DNA from: Sphingomonadaceae bacterium
Lineage (GTDB): Bacteria; Pseudomonadota; Alphaproteobacteria; Sphingomonadales; Sphingomonadaceae
Assembly: GCA_965261015.1 (NCBI GenBank)
Contig: CBDHCC010000001.1
Span: forward strand, 1,037,873-1,101,872
DNA: 64,000 bases
Direction: 5' to 3'
A program made the translations under genes and the position numbers. The number at the start of each line of letters is the position of its first letter. Within the stretch, counting starts at the first letter, position 1. Of the stretch, positions 18,030 through 28,722 are shown piece after piece. Below the pieces are notes generated by a model. That model was not told the DNA's origin, made no database searches, and saw only the letters and a list, made by a program, of their open reading frames with translations.

Positions 18030-19358
18030 TCAGGCGACGGCCGCGAGTTCGGACCGGTGAGCGACCTCCGCCCGGTAGAGCAGCCATGCCAGCCAGGCAG
18101 ACACCAGGCACATGGCCGCGCTCAGGAGCAGCTGATCGACCAGGGCGACCCCCAGCGCCGTCAACGCGGCCGCGAGCAGCGAGCCGAGCACCATCGCGCC
18201 CGAATTGACGATGTTGTTCGCCGCCACCGTCCGGGCGGTCTCGGATTTGTCCACGGTCGTGGTCAAAAAGGCGTAGAGGGGCACCACGAACATGCCGCCC
18301 GCCACCGCGATCCCCAGAAGGCAGCTCATCAGCGCCACCGCTTCGGGCTGCCGGATGAACTGCGCCAGGGAATAGAGACCTCCATCGGGCGCGGGGGTCC
18401 AGGATCGGCACACGAAGTGGAACGCCACGACGAAGCCGCCCATGGCGATGACCGCCCAGGGCGCGAAACGCGCGCTCACCACGCCGCGCAGCAGCCGATT
18501 GATGGCCACCGATCCGACGGCGATACCGATGGAGAAGACGGCGAGGAAAGTCGACGCCACCTCCGGAGCGGCGGTGATGACGTTCTTCGCCAAGGGAGGA
18601 AACTGGATGAACAGGATCGCGCCGATGGTCCAGAAGAACGAGATCGCGATGATGGCCAGGAACAGCCGCCGCACCTTCAACGTGGCGCGCACCAGAGTGA
18701 TGGAGGAGCGCAGGATGTTGTAGTCCGGCCGCCGTCCGGCGTTGGCCAGCGGCGGGGCCGCCGGCACCTTGCGCCCGCTCCAATAGCCCACGATCGCCGT
18801 CGCCACCACGCCGGCGGCCGCGACCTCCACGGGGACGACACCTGCCAGGATCGTGCCCAACAGGATGGCGATATAGGTGCCCGCCTCGACCAGCCCGGTG
18901 CCGCCCAGCACCTCGTCCTCTTGCAGGTGCTGCGGCAGGATGGCGTACTTGATCGGACCGAAAAAGGTGGAATGGACGCCCATCGCCGTCAGCGCCGTCA
19001 GCAGCAGCGGAATGGCCAACATTCGGACGGACAGACCGGCCCAGGCGAGCACGAGACCGGTGGCGCCGACCAGCATGATGGCGATCTCGCACGCTTTGAC
19101 GATGCGGATGATCGCCGCCTTGTCCCGGGTGTCCGCCAGTTGGCCGGCCAGCGCCGAAAGAAGGAAGAAGGGCAGGATGAACAGCCCGCTCGCCAGCGCG
19201 GAGAAGGACGCCTCCGCCTCCGTGCTGTCATACACCCGGTAAACCACGAACAGCACCATCGCGGTCTTGAAAAGGTTGTCATTGAAGGCGCCCAGGAGCT
19301 GGGTGACGAACAGAGGCAGGAACCGGCGTTCGCGCAGCAGGTGGGCGGTGTTCTGCAT
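18030..19358 (-). CDS. MFS transporter (LplT-like)
   Basis: 442 aa with about 12 TM. N-terminus is RERRFLPLFVTQLLGAFNDNLFKTAM. Confidence 0.8.
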   Translation of the reverse strand: MQNTAHLLRERRFLPLFVTQLLGAFNDNLFKTAMVLFVVYRVYDSTEAEASFSALASGLFILPFFLLSALAGQLADTRDKAAIIRIVKACEIAIMLVGATGLVLAWAGLSVRMLAIPLLLTALTAMGVHSTFFGPIKYAILPQHLQEDEVLGGTGLVEAGTYIAILLGTILAGVVPVEVAAAGVVATAIVGYWSGRKVPAAPPLANAGRRPDYNILRSSITLVRATLKVRRLFLAIIAISFFWTIGAILFIQFPPLAKNVITAAPEVASTFLAVFSIGIAVGSVAINRLLRGVVSARFAPWAVIAMGGFVVAFHFVCRSWTPAPDGGLYSLAQFIRQPEAVALMSCLLGIAVAGGMFVVPLYAFLTTTVDKSETARTVAANNIVNSGAMVLGSLLAAALTALGVALVDQLLLSAAMCLVSAWLAWLLYRAEVAHRSELAAVA

Positions 19359-19466
19359 GGATGGGTCGGGTGTCCGGACGACGGAGAGAGCCCGGCCCTA
19401 ACCTTCGCCCGGCGGGCCGTAAAGCCGGCCGGCTCGCCTTGCCACCCGCCCGCCCGGCACTAGAAG

Positions 19467-20027
19467 GTGCGGGCCATGCTGAGCCTGCCCAACGTGCTGA
19501 CCCTTTCGCGCATCGTGGCGGTGCCGGTCCTGGTCGCGCTGCTGTGGCCGGGCGCAAGTCCGGTGGCCTACGCCGTCACCTTCGCGCTCTATTGCCTGGT
19601 CGGGGCGACGGACTGGGTGGACGGCGCGATCGCGAGGTCGCGGGGCGCGGTGTCGCGACTCGGCATCTTCCTGGACCCGATCGCGGACAAGATCATGGTG
19701 GTCGCCGTGATCACCACCCTGGTGTTCACCCGCGATATCCACGGCCTCCATGTGCTGCCGGCGCTCGTCATCCTGTTGCGGGAAATCATCGTGTCCGGCC
19801 TGCGGGAGTATCTGGCCGGCCTGTCCGTCTCGGTTCCGGTCAGCCAGCTCGCCAAGTGGAAGACGGCGGTTCAGATGACGGCGCTCGGCGGCCTGATCCT
19901 GGCCGGCGCGCTGCCGGAGTGGTCGTGGCTGGCAGGAGCGGCGCTGGCCCTGCTCTGGATCGCGGCGGCGCTGACCCTGGCGACAGGCTACAGCTACCTT
20001 CGCGTGGGCTTGCGCCACATGACGTAA
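19467..20027 (+). CDS. pgsA: CDP-diacylglycerol--glycerol-3-phosphate 3-phosphatidyltransferase
   Basis: LPNVLTLSRI...ATDWVDGAIAR...LDPIADK CDP-alcohol phosphatidyltransferase motif. Confidence 0.9.
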   Translation: MRAMLSLPNVLTLSRIVAVPVLVALLWPGASPVAYAVTFALYCLVGATDWVDGAIARSRGAVSRLGIFLDPIADKIMVVAVITTLVFTRDIHGLHVLPALVILLREIIVSGLREYLAGLSVSVPVSQLAKWKTAVQMTALGGLILAGALPEWSWLAGAALALLWIAAALTLATGYSYLRVGLRHMT

Positions 20028-20078
20028 CCGTCCGGCGGGGGCTTTCAATGACCTGGTCGGCTGCCTACCTTCGGCCTC

Positions 20079-20792
20079 TTGCGAGCCACGACGAGGACGA
20101 TCGCGGTGGGACTGACCCGGTACCTGGATTCCATCAAGGCGCGCGATCCCGCGCCGCGTTCGCGGTGGGAGATCCTGTTATATCCTGGCGTGTGGGCGGT
20201 GGCGTTCCATCGGATCGCCCACGCGCTGTTCCGTCGCCGGCTGTTCTTCCTGGCTCGGCTGGTGAACCACATCGGCCGCTTCCTCACCGCCAACGACATC
20301 CATCCCGGCGCGCGCATCGGCCGCGACTTCTTCATCGATCACGGCTTCGTGGTGATCGGCGAAACCGCGGAGATCGGCGACGGAGTGACGGTGTATCAGT
20401 GTGTCACCCTCGGCGGGACCGATCCGGCCAACGGCATCGGGGGCAAGCGCCATCCCACCCTGTGCGACGGCTCGATCGTCGGCTCCGGCGCGCAGGTGCT
20501 CGGCCCGGTCACCGTCGGGCGAGGCGCCCGGGTGGGTGCCAACGCGGTGGTCACGAAGGATGTGGCCGACGGCGCGGTGGTGGTCGGCATCCCGGCCCGA
20601 CCGACCGTGGTGACGGGGGGCAAGGCGGAGGCCCCGTTCATGCCCTATGGCACCCCATGCGCTCAGCTGTTCGACCCGGCGACCCAGCAGCTGGAGATCC
20701 TGCGGTGCGAGCTCAATCGGCTGCAGGGGCAGGTCGACGGTCTCCTCGCCGATCAGGATCGCGGCCTCGCCGATCGCCGGAAACAGGGATGA
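20079..20792 (+). CDS. cysE: Serine O-acetyltransferase
   Basis: [28 protein letters not shown]...[30 protein letters not shown] hexapeptide-repeat acyltransferase. Confidence 0.88.
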   Translation: MRATTRTIAVGLTRYLDSIKARDPAPRSRWEILLYPGVWAVAFHRIAHALFRRRLFFLARLVNHIGRFLTANDIHPGARIGRDFFIDHGFVVIGETAEIGDGVTVYQCVTLGGTDPANGIGGKRHPTLCDGSIVGSGAQVLGPVTVGRGARVGANAVVTKDVADGAVVVGIPARPTVVTGGKAEAPFMPYGTPCAQLFDPATQQLEILRCELNRLQGQVDGLLADQDRGLADRRKQG

Positions 20793-21124
20793 GCGCGGTC
20801 GTTCGCCCCTTCGCTCGCCCGGCCGCCCAGATCGGATTCGATCGGTCCGAGCTCGATCGCATTCTGGGGCTGTATGGTCGCATGGTCGTGGCGGGGCACT
20901 GGCGCGACTATGCCCTTACGTTCGACAAGGACGCCGCGGTCTTTTCCGCCTTTCGTCGGGCGACCGAGCGGCCGGAGGTGAGGGTCGAGAAGCGGCCGGC
21001 GCTTCGCCTGCGTCAAGGCGAATGGACCCTGTTCGGCGAGCACGGTGCCATTTTGAAGCGCGGCCACGACGTCACTGGCGTGCTGGCACCGTTGGAGCGC
21101 CGGCTGCTCAAAATCGTGGACTGA
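20789..21124 (+). CDS. DUF2794-like conserved protein (111 aa)
   Basis: ATGA overlap with the cysE stop. Contains [27 protein letters not shown]. Confidence 0.7.
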   Translation: MSAVVRPFARPAAQIGFDRSELDRILGLYGRMVVAGHWRDYALTFDKDAAVFSAFRRATERPEVRVEKRPALRLRQGEWTLFGEHGAILKRGHDVTGVLAPLERRLLKIVD

Positions 21125-21363
21125 CGCGGTCGGAACAGGGTCAGCCATTCCGCTTCGCCTTCCGTTTTCCACTAAAGAGTTGGTTGGCTTGGAGAGTGCC
21201 TCTGCCCGGTGACTGGCGAAAATCCGTTGTCAGAGCCAAGGTCGACCGTTGCTCGAATGTCACACACCGTCGTTAATGTGGCAGTCAGACCGCCCCGCTC
21301 TTGCGGTAAGCTGCGTTTTCCGACCGTAATCGCCTCGTAACACGAAAACACCGGGGGAACCTT

Positions 21364-24300
21364 ATGACGACCGCCTACCGCGCCACGCGCAATCGCTTGA
21401 GTGCCACCGCCGCACTGTCCGCCCTCGCGATCAGCGGCGCCGGGCTGGCCACTCTGGTCGTGCCGACCACGTCGGTCGCGGCGCAGGATTACAGCCAGGT
21501 CAATGCGACCGGCCGCGTGCAGGGCACCGACGAACAGCCGATCCCGAACGCGACGGTTGTCGTGACATCGGAGGAGCAGGGCTTCTCGCGCACCGTCACG
21601 ACGGACACCAACGGCAGCTATCGCGTGCCGGCCCTGCCGGCGGGTCCGTACAGCTTCACGGTGTCCGCCCCCGGATTTGACAGCTTCACCGACACGGGCG
21701 TGTTGCTGTCCCAGTCGGGCGCGGCGAACCTGTTCACCCTGGCACCCGAAGGCGCGGTCGCTGGCAATGCGATCGTCATCGTGGGACGTCGCCAGGTCGC
21801 CGACTTCGATCGCAACACCACGGGCGCTGTGATCAATGTGGGCGAGCTGGCCCTGCGCGTTCCCGTCGAGCGTGACATCACGTCCGTCGTGCTGTTGTCG
21901 CCGGGCACCAGCCAAGGCGACTCGGCCTTTGGCAACCTGCCGTCGATCAACGGCTCGTCGGTGTCGGAGAACGCTTACTACATCAACGGCTTGAACATCA
22001 CGTCCTTCCGCAACGGTCTGGGTTCCGTGCCCGTGCCGTTCGACTTCTACCAGACCATCGAGGTGAAGAACGGCGGCATTCCGGCCGAGTTCGGCCGCAC
22101 CACTGGCGGCTTCATCAACGCCATCACGAAGTCCGGGTCGAACGACTATCACGGCAGCGTCACTTTCAACTGGCAGCCCCAGGACCTGAGCGAGCGGGCA
22201 CCGAACTCTTACAACGTCGATCGCGACTCCGTGGAATCGGACCGCATCGATTTCATTGCTCAGCTGTCCGGCCCGATCATCAAGGATCACCTGTTTTTCT
22301 ACGGGATCTATAATGCGCGCGACGTGACCTTCCGGCAGGGTTATACCGGCACGTCAAGCCTGACGACGAGGGGGCCGAACGCCTGTAGCTCCAACCCGAC
22401 CCAATGCTCCGATTTTGCCGACCTGCGGGATGCCAACTTGGCGATTGCGGGAACGCAGTTCCTCGACCAGCGGAACTCCAGCCCGTTTTACGGCGGCAAG
22501 CTGGACGCGGTGATCGTCGACGGACAGCGGCTGGAAGCCACCTATTTCAACACGAAGGGCACGACAAACCGGGACGTTTACGGCACCGGCCTGTTCAGCT
22601 TGGCGAGCGGCCTACGCTATAACCCGAACACGAATGATCGGGGCGGCTATGCCTCCTCGCTGGCGCTGCGTTCGGGCGGTGAGAACTATGTGTTCCGTTA
22701 CACCGGAACGTTCACCGATTGGCTGACGGTCTCGGGCGCGTACGGAAAGTACAAGAACCGCGACACCGTTGAGTCGAGCACTCCCAATCTTCCCTCGATT
22801 GTCGACCAACGAAACGGGGCCAACGCGCCGATCGGCAACCCCACTGCCAATGCCAATCTGAGCTTTGAGAAGCGGGAGTTCTATCGCGCGGACGCGGACG
22901 TCAACTTCGAGCTCGCCGGGTCTCACCATATCCGCTTTGGTTATGATCGCGAAGACCTCGACTTGAACGGTACAATTGTCGCCAATGGCGGCTTTCAGAT
23001 CACTCTGGCGACCGCAGCTGGCGACGGAATCGATACGGTGACAGGTCTGCCAACCGGCACCAACTACGCGAAAGCCCGAACGTTTGTGTCCGGAGGTGAG
23101 TTCAACACCCGCAACGAAGCGTTCTATGCTCAGGATAGTTGGTCTTTGCTCAACGACCGCCTCCAGCTCAACCTCGGTGTGCGGGCGGACAAGTTCGTCA
23201 ACCGGAACGCGGCTGGGGAGTCTTTCTACGACTCCGATTATCAGTTCGCGCCACGCGTGGGGGCGAGCTTTGACGTTTTCGGCGACCAGAGCACGAAGGC
23301 TTATGGCTCCTTCAGCCGCTACTATCTCCCGATCGCGGCCAACACGAACCTGCGACTGGCCGGCGCGGAGCTGGACTATGACGCCTTCTTCCGCCTGAAC
23401 GGGCTGAATGCCGACGGCACACCAAACCTCGGGGCACCGATCACCACCGGAGCCGGCTTTACAGTGTGTCCGCCCGGCGGTCCGGCCGGGACCGCGTGCA
23501 ACGTGCGCAATGACGGAACCGTCTCTCCGACGGCCACCACGGTTGCTTCCAATCTTACACCTCAGTCCACGGATGAGTATATTCTGGGCGCAGAGCGTCG
23601 TTTCGGAGACCGGATCAAGCTGGGAGCGTTCCTGACCTACACGTCGCTAAACGAGTCGTTGGAAGACGGTGCCATTGACCAAGGCGTGATCCCCCTTTGC
23701 GTCGCAGCCGGAAATTCGGCCGAGGATTGCGGAGACTTGTACTTCGGTCTCAACCAATATGTGCTGTTCAATCCGGGGAGCGACGTCGTTGTTCAGGCCG
23801 CGTCGCCGTTTCCGAACCAGGACACCGCACAGGTGATCACGGTTGCCGCGGAAGATCTCGGCTACCCGCGGGCCAAGCGGACCTACAAGGCGGCGACAAT
23901 CGTTTTCGAGCGTGAGTTCGACGGGATTTGGAGCCTCAACGCGAATTACACCTATTCGAAGAATAAGGGGAATATCGAAGGCGGTGTTCGATCGGACAAT
24001 GGCCAGACGGATTCTGGCTTAACGAGTTCCTTCGACTTGCCGGCGTTGACGGCCGGCTCCTATGGTTACCTGCCGAACGATCGGCGTCATAATCTAAAGG
24101 TGTACGGAAGCTATCAGGTTTTGGATTGGTTGACCCTCGGTGCCAATGCTCAGGTCGCGTCGCCTCGCCGGTACGGGTGCATAGGTCGCACACCGGCCAC
24201 AGCCGACGGAAATGCTATCTTCCCCGGCGGCTTGGCGGGCCGCTTCTACGGAGCAGATGCATTCTATTGCAACCTAGACGGTGCAGGGAATGTTGTCCGC

Positions 24301-24627
24301 AATCCGGTCGGCTTTTCTGTCATCAACGATAGGGTCGATGTCCCGGGAGGCGCACGCCCGTCCACGCTGCAGCTGACCCCGCGTGCCAGCCAGTTCAAGT
24401 CTGACTGGCTGTATAACCTGAACCTAGACATCGAGGCGAAGGTGCCGAGCGATGCCTTTGACGCTTTTTTCCGGGTAACGGTGATCAACGTCCTCAACCG
24501 CAAAGCTGAGCTGGACTATAATGAGTTCGGAACCGTCGATGGGGGCGCGCCGAATGCAACCTATAGCTTGCCGACGGGGTATCAGGACCCGCGATCGATC
24601 CGGTTGCAGTTCCGCGTCGGCTTCTGA
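21364..24627 (+). CDS. TonB-dependent receptor (1087 aa) with an N-terminal carboxypeptidase-regulatory-like domain
   Basis: Signal peptide, then GRVQGTDEQPIPNATVVVTSEEQGFSRTVTTDTNGSYRVPALPAGPY, a plug region, a beta-barrel and a C-terminal RLQFRVGF. GC is visibly lower than the flanks. Confidence 0.88.
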   Translation: MTTAYRATRNRLSATAALSALAISGAGLATLVVPTTSVAAQDYSQVNATGRVQGTDEQPIPNATVVVTSEEQGFSRTVTTDTNGSYRVPALPAGPYSFTVSAPGFDSFTDTGVLLSQSGAANLFTLAPEGAVAGNAIVIVGRRQVADFDRNTTGAVINVGELALRVPVERDITSVVLLSPGTSQGDSAFGNLPSINGSSVSENAYYINGLNITSFRNGLGSVPVPFDFYQTIEVKNGGIPAEFGRTTGGFINAITKSGSNDYHGSVTFNWQPQDLSERAPNSYNVDRDSVESDRIDFIAQLSGPIIKDHLFFYGIYNARDVTFRQGYTGTSSLTTRGPNACSSNPTQCSDFADLRDANLAIAGTQFLDQRNSSPFYGGKLDAVIVDGQRLEATYFNTKGTTNRDVYGTGLFSLASGLRYNPNTNDRGGYASSLALRSGGENYVFRYTGTFTDWLTVSGAYGKYKNRDTVESSTPNLPSIVDQRNGANAPIGNPTANANLSFEKREFYRADADVNFELAGSHHIRFGYDREDLDLNGTIVANGGFQITLATAAGDGIDTVTGLPTGTNYAKARTFVSGGEFNTRNEAFYAQDSWSLLNDRLQLNLGVRADKFVNRNAAGESFYDSDYQFAPRVGASFDVFGDQSTKAYGSFSRYYLPIAANTNLRLAGAELDYDAFFRLNGLNADGTPNLGAPITTGAGFTVCPPGGPAGTACNVRNDGTVSPTATTVASNLTPQSTDEYILGAERRFGDRIKLGAFLTYTSLNESLEDGAIDQGVIPLCVAAGNSAEDCGDLYFGLNQYVLFNPGSDVVVQAASPFPNQDTAQVITVAAEDLGYPRAKRTYKAATIVFEREFDGIWSLNANYTYSKNKGNIEGGVRSDNGQTDSGLTSSFDLPALTAGSYGYLPNDRRHNLKVYGSYQVLDWLTLGANAQVASPRRYGCIGRTPATADGNAIFPGGLAGRFYGADAFYCNLDGAGNVVRNPVGFSVINDRVDVPGGARPSTLQLTPRASQFKSDWLYNLNLDIEAKVPSDAFDAFFRVTVINVLNRKAELDYNEFGTVDGGAPNATYSLPTGYQDPRSIRLQFRVGF

Positions 24628-24633
24628 TCAAAC

Positions 24634-24662
24634 GGGCGAGGCTGCGACCGGCAGCCTCGCCC
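24634..24662. terminator. GC-rich hairpin shared by the convergent TBDR and alr genes
   Basis: GGGCGAGGCTGC-gaccg-GCAGCCTCGCCC is a perfect 12-bp stem, followed by CTCCTTT. Confidence 0.55.
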
Positions 24663-24679
24663 CTCCTTTGCGGATTGAG

Positions 24680-25768
24680 TTAGCGCATCTCTCGGACGAG
24701 CCGCTGGCCCAGACCGGTCAGGATCTCGTACTGGCTGCACTGGGCTGCCGAGGCCAATCTCGGCAAGTCGAGCGGGACCGTGATCCACGCCTGGTCGTCC
24801 AGGTAGGACGCGGCTGAGGCGTCCAAGGCTATCAGGTCCATCGACACACGGCCGATGATCGGCAAGGGTTCGCCGTCGGGTCCGAACGCGGTCCCTCGAT
24901 TGGTCAATGCGCGGCGAAAGCCGTCGGCATAGCCGAGGTTCACCGTCGCGACGGGGGTCGCTTCCTCCGCTCGCCAAAGGCCGTTGTACCCGACCGTCTC
25001 TCCCGCAGGCACCATGTGCCGCTGCACGACCCGGGCCTCCAAAGTGGCGACTGGACGGATCGGTGCGCTCTCGGCACGCGGTCGCCCGCCATAAAGCGAG
25101 AGACCGGGTCGGGTCAGATCAAAGGCATAGTCTCGCCCCAGCGCCACCCCAGCCGAATTCGCCAGGCTCCATCTGCGCGCACGGATCAGGCCCCTTAAAG
25201 CCTGGAAATCGGACCGCTGTCGCTCGTTCAGCGGCGTGTCCTGCTCGCCCGCCACCAAATGGCTCATCACCGTGTCGATCCGAAGGCCACCGAGCACGCC
25301 GCTCGCCACTTGCTCGATCGAAAGGCCGAGACGGTGCATCCCGGTATCCACCATAACATCGCAGGGCAGACCGGTCCCTCGCCAGCGTTCGACCTGTTCC
25401 GACGAGCAGAGGACGGGTTTCGCCCAATGCGCCGCAGCAAAGGCCTCTTCGCCGGGCTGGACCCCGTGAAACACGGACAGTTCAACGCCGGCTTGGTGTG
25501 ACAGTGTGGCGGCTTCCGCCCAGCTGGATACGAAAAAGTCGCGGCAACCAGCGGCGATCAGCCGGGCGAAGACGGTTTGCGCGCCCAAGCCATAGCCGTC
25601 GGCTTTCACACACGCGCCGCAGGCGGCGGCGCCGCCTTCCGCCCGCAACCAGCGCCAGTTGGCGGCGAGCGCGTCGCCGTCGACGACCAGCCGATGGGGA
25701 GCGGTGGGTAGCGGCACCATGCCGCCTGCCCCTAAGTCGATGGTCGCCCCTCGTCCACCTTGAGGCAT
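24680..25768 (-). CDS. alr: Alanine racemase
   Basis: ACVKADGYGLG contains the PLP-Lys motif. 362 aa. The exact start (25768 or the internal M) is uncertain. Confidence 0.88.
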   Translation of the reverse strand: MPQGGRGATIDLGAGGMVPLPTAPHRLVVDGDALAANWRWLRAEGGAAACGACVKADGYGLGAQTVFARLIAAGCRDFFVSSWAEAATLSHQAGVELSVFHGVQPGEEAFAAAHWAKPVLCSSEQVERWRGTGLPCDVMVDTGMHRLGLSIEQVASGVLGGLRIDTVMSHLVAGEQDTPLNERQRSDFQALRGLIRARRWSLANSAGVALGRDYAFDLTRPGLSLYGGRPRAESAPIRPVATLEARVVQRHMVPAGETVGYNGLWRAEEATPVATVNLGYADGFRRALTNRGTAFGPDGEPLPIIGRVSMDLIALDASAASYLDDQAWITVPLDLPRLASAAQCSQYEILTGLGQRLVREMR

Positions 25769-25858
25769 GTCGCATTGAAGTCACCTTACGGGCCGGCGTC
25801 CGGTGAGTGGCGTCCGGCGCGGCATTCGCTATAGGGCGAGCGTGCGACAGAGCCCTTC

Positions 25859-26626
25859 ATGAAGCCCTATTCCACCGCATCATTGGGTCTGCTGACGCTG
25901 TTTCTGGCGGCGCTGCTGACCTCCTGCGGCCAGGCGCGGTCTTCGTCCGCGCCCCTCATTTTGGCGCCAGTGAGTCTGCAAGGCGTGCTCGACGAGCAAG
26001 CCGATCACTGGGCGGCGGCGGGACATCCTCGCCCTGTGATTTCCTATGGTGGAACACCCTCCATCGCGCGGCAGGTTCAGGAGGGCGCGCCTGCGGACCT
26101 GTTCCTGTCCGCCGACGCTCGTTGGATGGAGGTCCTGCGGGCGCGGGGCCTCGTGCGTCCGGACACCGTCGCGATCGTCGCCACGAACTCGCTCGTGATC
26201 GTGACGCAGGCGGAGGTGCCGGGCCCCTCGGACCTCTCTCCGGCGATCGCTCTGGCGCGAGGGCGTATCGCGGTCGCCGACCCGACCAGCGTGCCAGCCG
26301 GTCGTTACGCCAAAGCGGCCCTCACGACGCTGGCGCTCTGGAAGGAGGTCGAGCCGCGCCTGATCCCCGCCGAAAACGTCCGCGCCGCCCTGGCGCTCGT
26401 GGAGCGGGGCGCCGTCTCATTGGGCCTCGTCTACGCCACGGACGCGCGCGCGTCCGCACGGGTGCGGATCGTGAGCATTATTCCGGCCACGACCCACCCG
26501 CCAATCATCTATCCCATCGCTCAGTTGACTCGGTCTTCAAGCGGCGATGCGGCGGCTTTCCGCCGCTTCCTGCTAAAAAGCGAAGGGCGCCGCGTCTTTG
26601 TTCGACACGGATTTGGTGCGCCGTGA
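25859..26626 (+). CDS. modA: Molybdate ABC transporter substrate-binding protein
   Basis: 255 aa with a signal peptide and a periplasmic binding protein fold, followed by modB and modC. Confidence 0.85.
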   Translation: MKPYSTASLGLLTLFLAALLTSCGQARSSSAPLILAPVSLQGVLDEQADHWAAAGHPRPVISYGGTPSIARQVQEGAPADLFLSADARWMEVLRARGLVRPDTVAIVATNSLVIVTQAEVPGPSDLSPAIALARGRIAVADPTSVPAGRYAKAALTTLALWKEVEPRLIPAENVRAALALVERGAVSLGLVYATDARASARVRIVSIIPATTHPPIIYPIAQLTRSSSGDAAAFRRFLLKSEGRRVFVRHGFGAP

Positions 26627-27312
26627 CCGGTGCCGAGTGGGACGTGCTGCTGCTCTCGTTGAAGGTCAGCCTGGTCGCTGTCGCCGCCATGCTGCCGATC
26701 GCCTTCGCGCTCGCCTGGGTGCTGGCGCGCAGCCGGCTTCCGGGAAAGCTGTTGCTGGACGCGCTCGTTCATCTGCCGCTGGTGCTGCCTCCCGTCGTGA
26801 CCGGCTGGGCGCTTCTGGTTCTGCTGGGGCCGCGGGGCGCGATTGGCAGGGTGCTGGACACATTTGGTGTGAACGTGATGTTCCGCTGGCAAGGAGCGGC
26901 GATCGCGGCCGCGATCATGGCCCTGCCGCTCGCAGTGCGCGCCATCCGCATTTCGCTCGAAGCCGTGGATTCGCGGCTGGAGGAAGCCGCCCGGACCTTG
27001 GGCGCCGGCGCTTGGAGGGTGTTCGCGTCCGTAACCCTGCCGCTGGCGCTTCCCGGCGTCCTGGCCGGCATGGTGCTGGGCTTCGCCCGGTCGGTCGGTG
27101 AGTTCGGGGCGACCATTACCTTCGTGGGCAACGTTCCGGGGGAGACGCGCACCGTGCCGCTCGCGATCTACGGCGCGTTGCAAACTCCCGGCGGCGAAGG
27201 CGCGGCCACTCGGCTGGCTCTGATCTCGATTGGGCTCTCCGTCGCGGCCTTGATCGCATCGGAGGTCTTGGCGCGACGGGCGGGGGCGGGGCGCGGCGGT
27301 CCTGTGCTGTGA
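26623..27312 (+). CDS. modB: Molybdate ABC transporter permease
   Basis: GTG in a GTGA overlap with the modA stop. Contains EAARTLGAGAWRVFASVTLPLA, the EAA loop. Confidence 0.88.
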   Translation: MTGAEWDVLLLSLKVSLVAVAAMLPIAFALAWVLARSRLPGKLLLDALVHLPLVLPPVVTGWALLVLLGPRGAIGRVLDTFGVNVMFRWQGAAIAAAIMALPLAVRAIRISLEAVDSRLEEAARTLGAGAWRVFASVTLPLALPGVLAGMVLGFARSVGEFGATITFVGNVPGETRTVPLAIYGALQTPGGEGAATRLALISIGLSVAALIASEVLARRAGAGRGGPVL

Positions 27313-27920
27313 TCTCGCTCTCCATTCAGGTTCGGCTAGGTGAGCGGAGCATTGGACTAGAAGCGGAGACGGAGCGGAACGTCCTGTCGCTGACGGGCCG
27401 TTCGGGCGTCGGCAAAACCACGGTGCTGCACTGCGTCGCGGGACTGGTGCGTCCGGACGTCGGACGGATCGTGATCGATGGACAAACGCTGTTCGACTCG
27501 GAGTCCGGGATCGACGTACCCGTGTTCAGTCGCGCAGTGGGCCTGGCGTTCCAGGATGCCCGTCTATTCCCGCACCACAATGTCGAGCGCAATCTGCGCT
27601 TTGGCCGACATTCGGGCGCGGACCTCATCGGCTTCGCCGAGGTTGTCGACCAGTTGAACCTGGCCGATCTTCTTCATCGGTTCCCGCGTGATCTGTCCGG
27701 AGGCGAAACGCGGCGTGTGGCGATTGGTCGGGCGCTGCTGTCGCGGCCCGATATTCTGCTGCTGGACGAGCCCCTCGCCGCCTTGGACGCGGTGCGCGCC
27801 GCTGCCGTGCTTTCTTTCGTCGAGCGCCTGCGCGAGGCCGGCGTGCCCATTCTTCACGTCAGCCACGATCCTGCCGAAATCCGGCGGATTGGAGGAGAGG
27901 TCGTGCTGATGACGGGCTGA
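27309..27920 (+). CDS. modC: Molybdate ABC transporter ATP-binding protein, short form of 203 aa without a C-terminal TOBE domain
   Basis: Walker A GRSGVGKTT, signature LSGGETRRVAIGRAL, Walker B ILLLDEP. GTGA overlap with modB. Confidence 0.85.
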   Translation: MISLSIQVRLGERSIGLEAETERNVLSLTGRSGVGKTTVLHCVAGLVRPDVGRIVIDGQTLFDSESGIDVPVFSRAVGLAFQDARLFPHHNVERNLRFGRHSGADLIGFAEVVDQLNLADLLHRFPRDLSGGETRRVAIGRALLSRPDILLLDEPLAALDAVRAAAVLSFVERLREAGVPILHVSHDPAEIRRIGGEVVLMTG

Positions 27921-27975
27921 TGGCTGGCGCGGCGCGGGTGTTGAAGTGTCGCGCGTGACCGTCCACCTTTCCGCC

Positions 27976-28722
27976 ATGCACACCGCTTCTTACCCTACAC
28001 CCCTCAACGACCGTGCCGTGGTTCGTCTGGGAGGCGAAGATGCCCGCGGTTTTCTGCAGGGCCTGGTGACGAACGACGTGTTGGGCGACCTGCCGGTCTG
28101 GGCCGGGCTGCTGACGGCGCAAGGCAAGGCGCTGTTCGACTTCGTGGTCTGGGCAGACGGCGACGACCTCCTACTGGACTGCGAGGATCGCCGAGCGGAC
28201 GACCTGATCCGGCGGCTGATGCTGTATCGCCTAAGACGCCCTCTCTCGATCGTGCGGGACGAGTCTCTGGCCGTCCACTGGTCCCCGCTGGTCTGCGAAC
28301 GACCGTTCGACCCCCGCTTGCGCGCGCTGGGTCACCGCTGGATCGCTCCTGTCGAAGACGGCGACGCCAGCACCCGGTGGCGTTCGCATCGCCTCGCACT
28401 GGGCGTAACGGAAGGGGTGACGGAACTGGGGGATGGCGAGGTGCTGTGGCTCGAAGCCAACGGCGATCTGCTGAACGGCGTGCGCTTCGACAAGGGGTGC
28501 TATATCGGACAGGAAAATACCGCACGCATGAATTGGCGCGGCAAGGTCAACCGGCGGCTGGCGGTCCTTCCGCTGCCACTTTCGGACGAGGCGCGGCGGC
28601 GCGCGGGCTATTCGGACTTGGGCTTGGCGGTGGATCACCGCCGCGTGAGTGACCTCGTACATTTGCCGGTGCCCGACTGGATGGTGCCGGCGCTTCAGTC
28701 CGCCGAGGGCGCGGCCGGGTAG
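27976..28722 (+). CDS. ygfZ: Folate-binding YgfZ/CAF17 family protein
   Basis: LNDRAVVRLGGEDARGFLQGLVTNDV ... KGCYIGQENTARMNWRGKVNRRL. The ATG at 27976 is preferred over the GTG at 27946. Confidence 0.85.
   Translation: MHTASYPTPLNDRAVVRLGGEDARGFLQGLVTNDVLGDLPVWAGLLTAQGKALFDFVVWADGDDLLLDCEDRRADDLIRRLMLYRLRRPLSIVRDESLAVHWSPLVCERPFDPRLRALGHRWIAPVEDGDASTRWRSHRLALGVTEGVTELGDGEVLWLEANGDLLNGVRFDKGCYIGQENTARMNWRGKVNRRLAVLPLPLSDEARRRAGYSDLGLAVDHRRVSDLVHLPVPDWMVPALQSAEGAAG

Noticed and set aside
21125-21363. Possible cobalamin or other riboswitch in the leader of the TonB-dependent receptor
   Set aside because: GGTGACTGGCGAAAATCC and GCGGTAAGC loosely recall cobalamin-riboswitch segments. Their order and spacing (about 65 nt apart) are wrong, there is no GGGAA element, and no B12 box (GCCACTG) is present. 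The receptor (1087 aa, carboxypeptidase-regulatory-like N-domain) is also not BtuB-like. An Rfam/Infernal scan would settle this.
25769-25858. ModE operator upstream of modA
   Set aside because: Only one partial half-site (CGCTATAGG) is present, and there is no inverted partner at a plausible spacing.
27309-27920. modC as a truncated pseudogene (203 aa against the ~350 aa of E. coli ModC)
   Set aside because: The ABC ATPase core is complete (Walker A, signature, Walker B, H-loop). The ORF ends at a normal stop followed closely by ygfZ. Short ModC proteins without the TOBE domain are known. Nothing TOBE-like is visible downstream.
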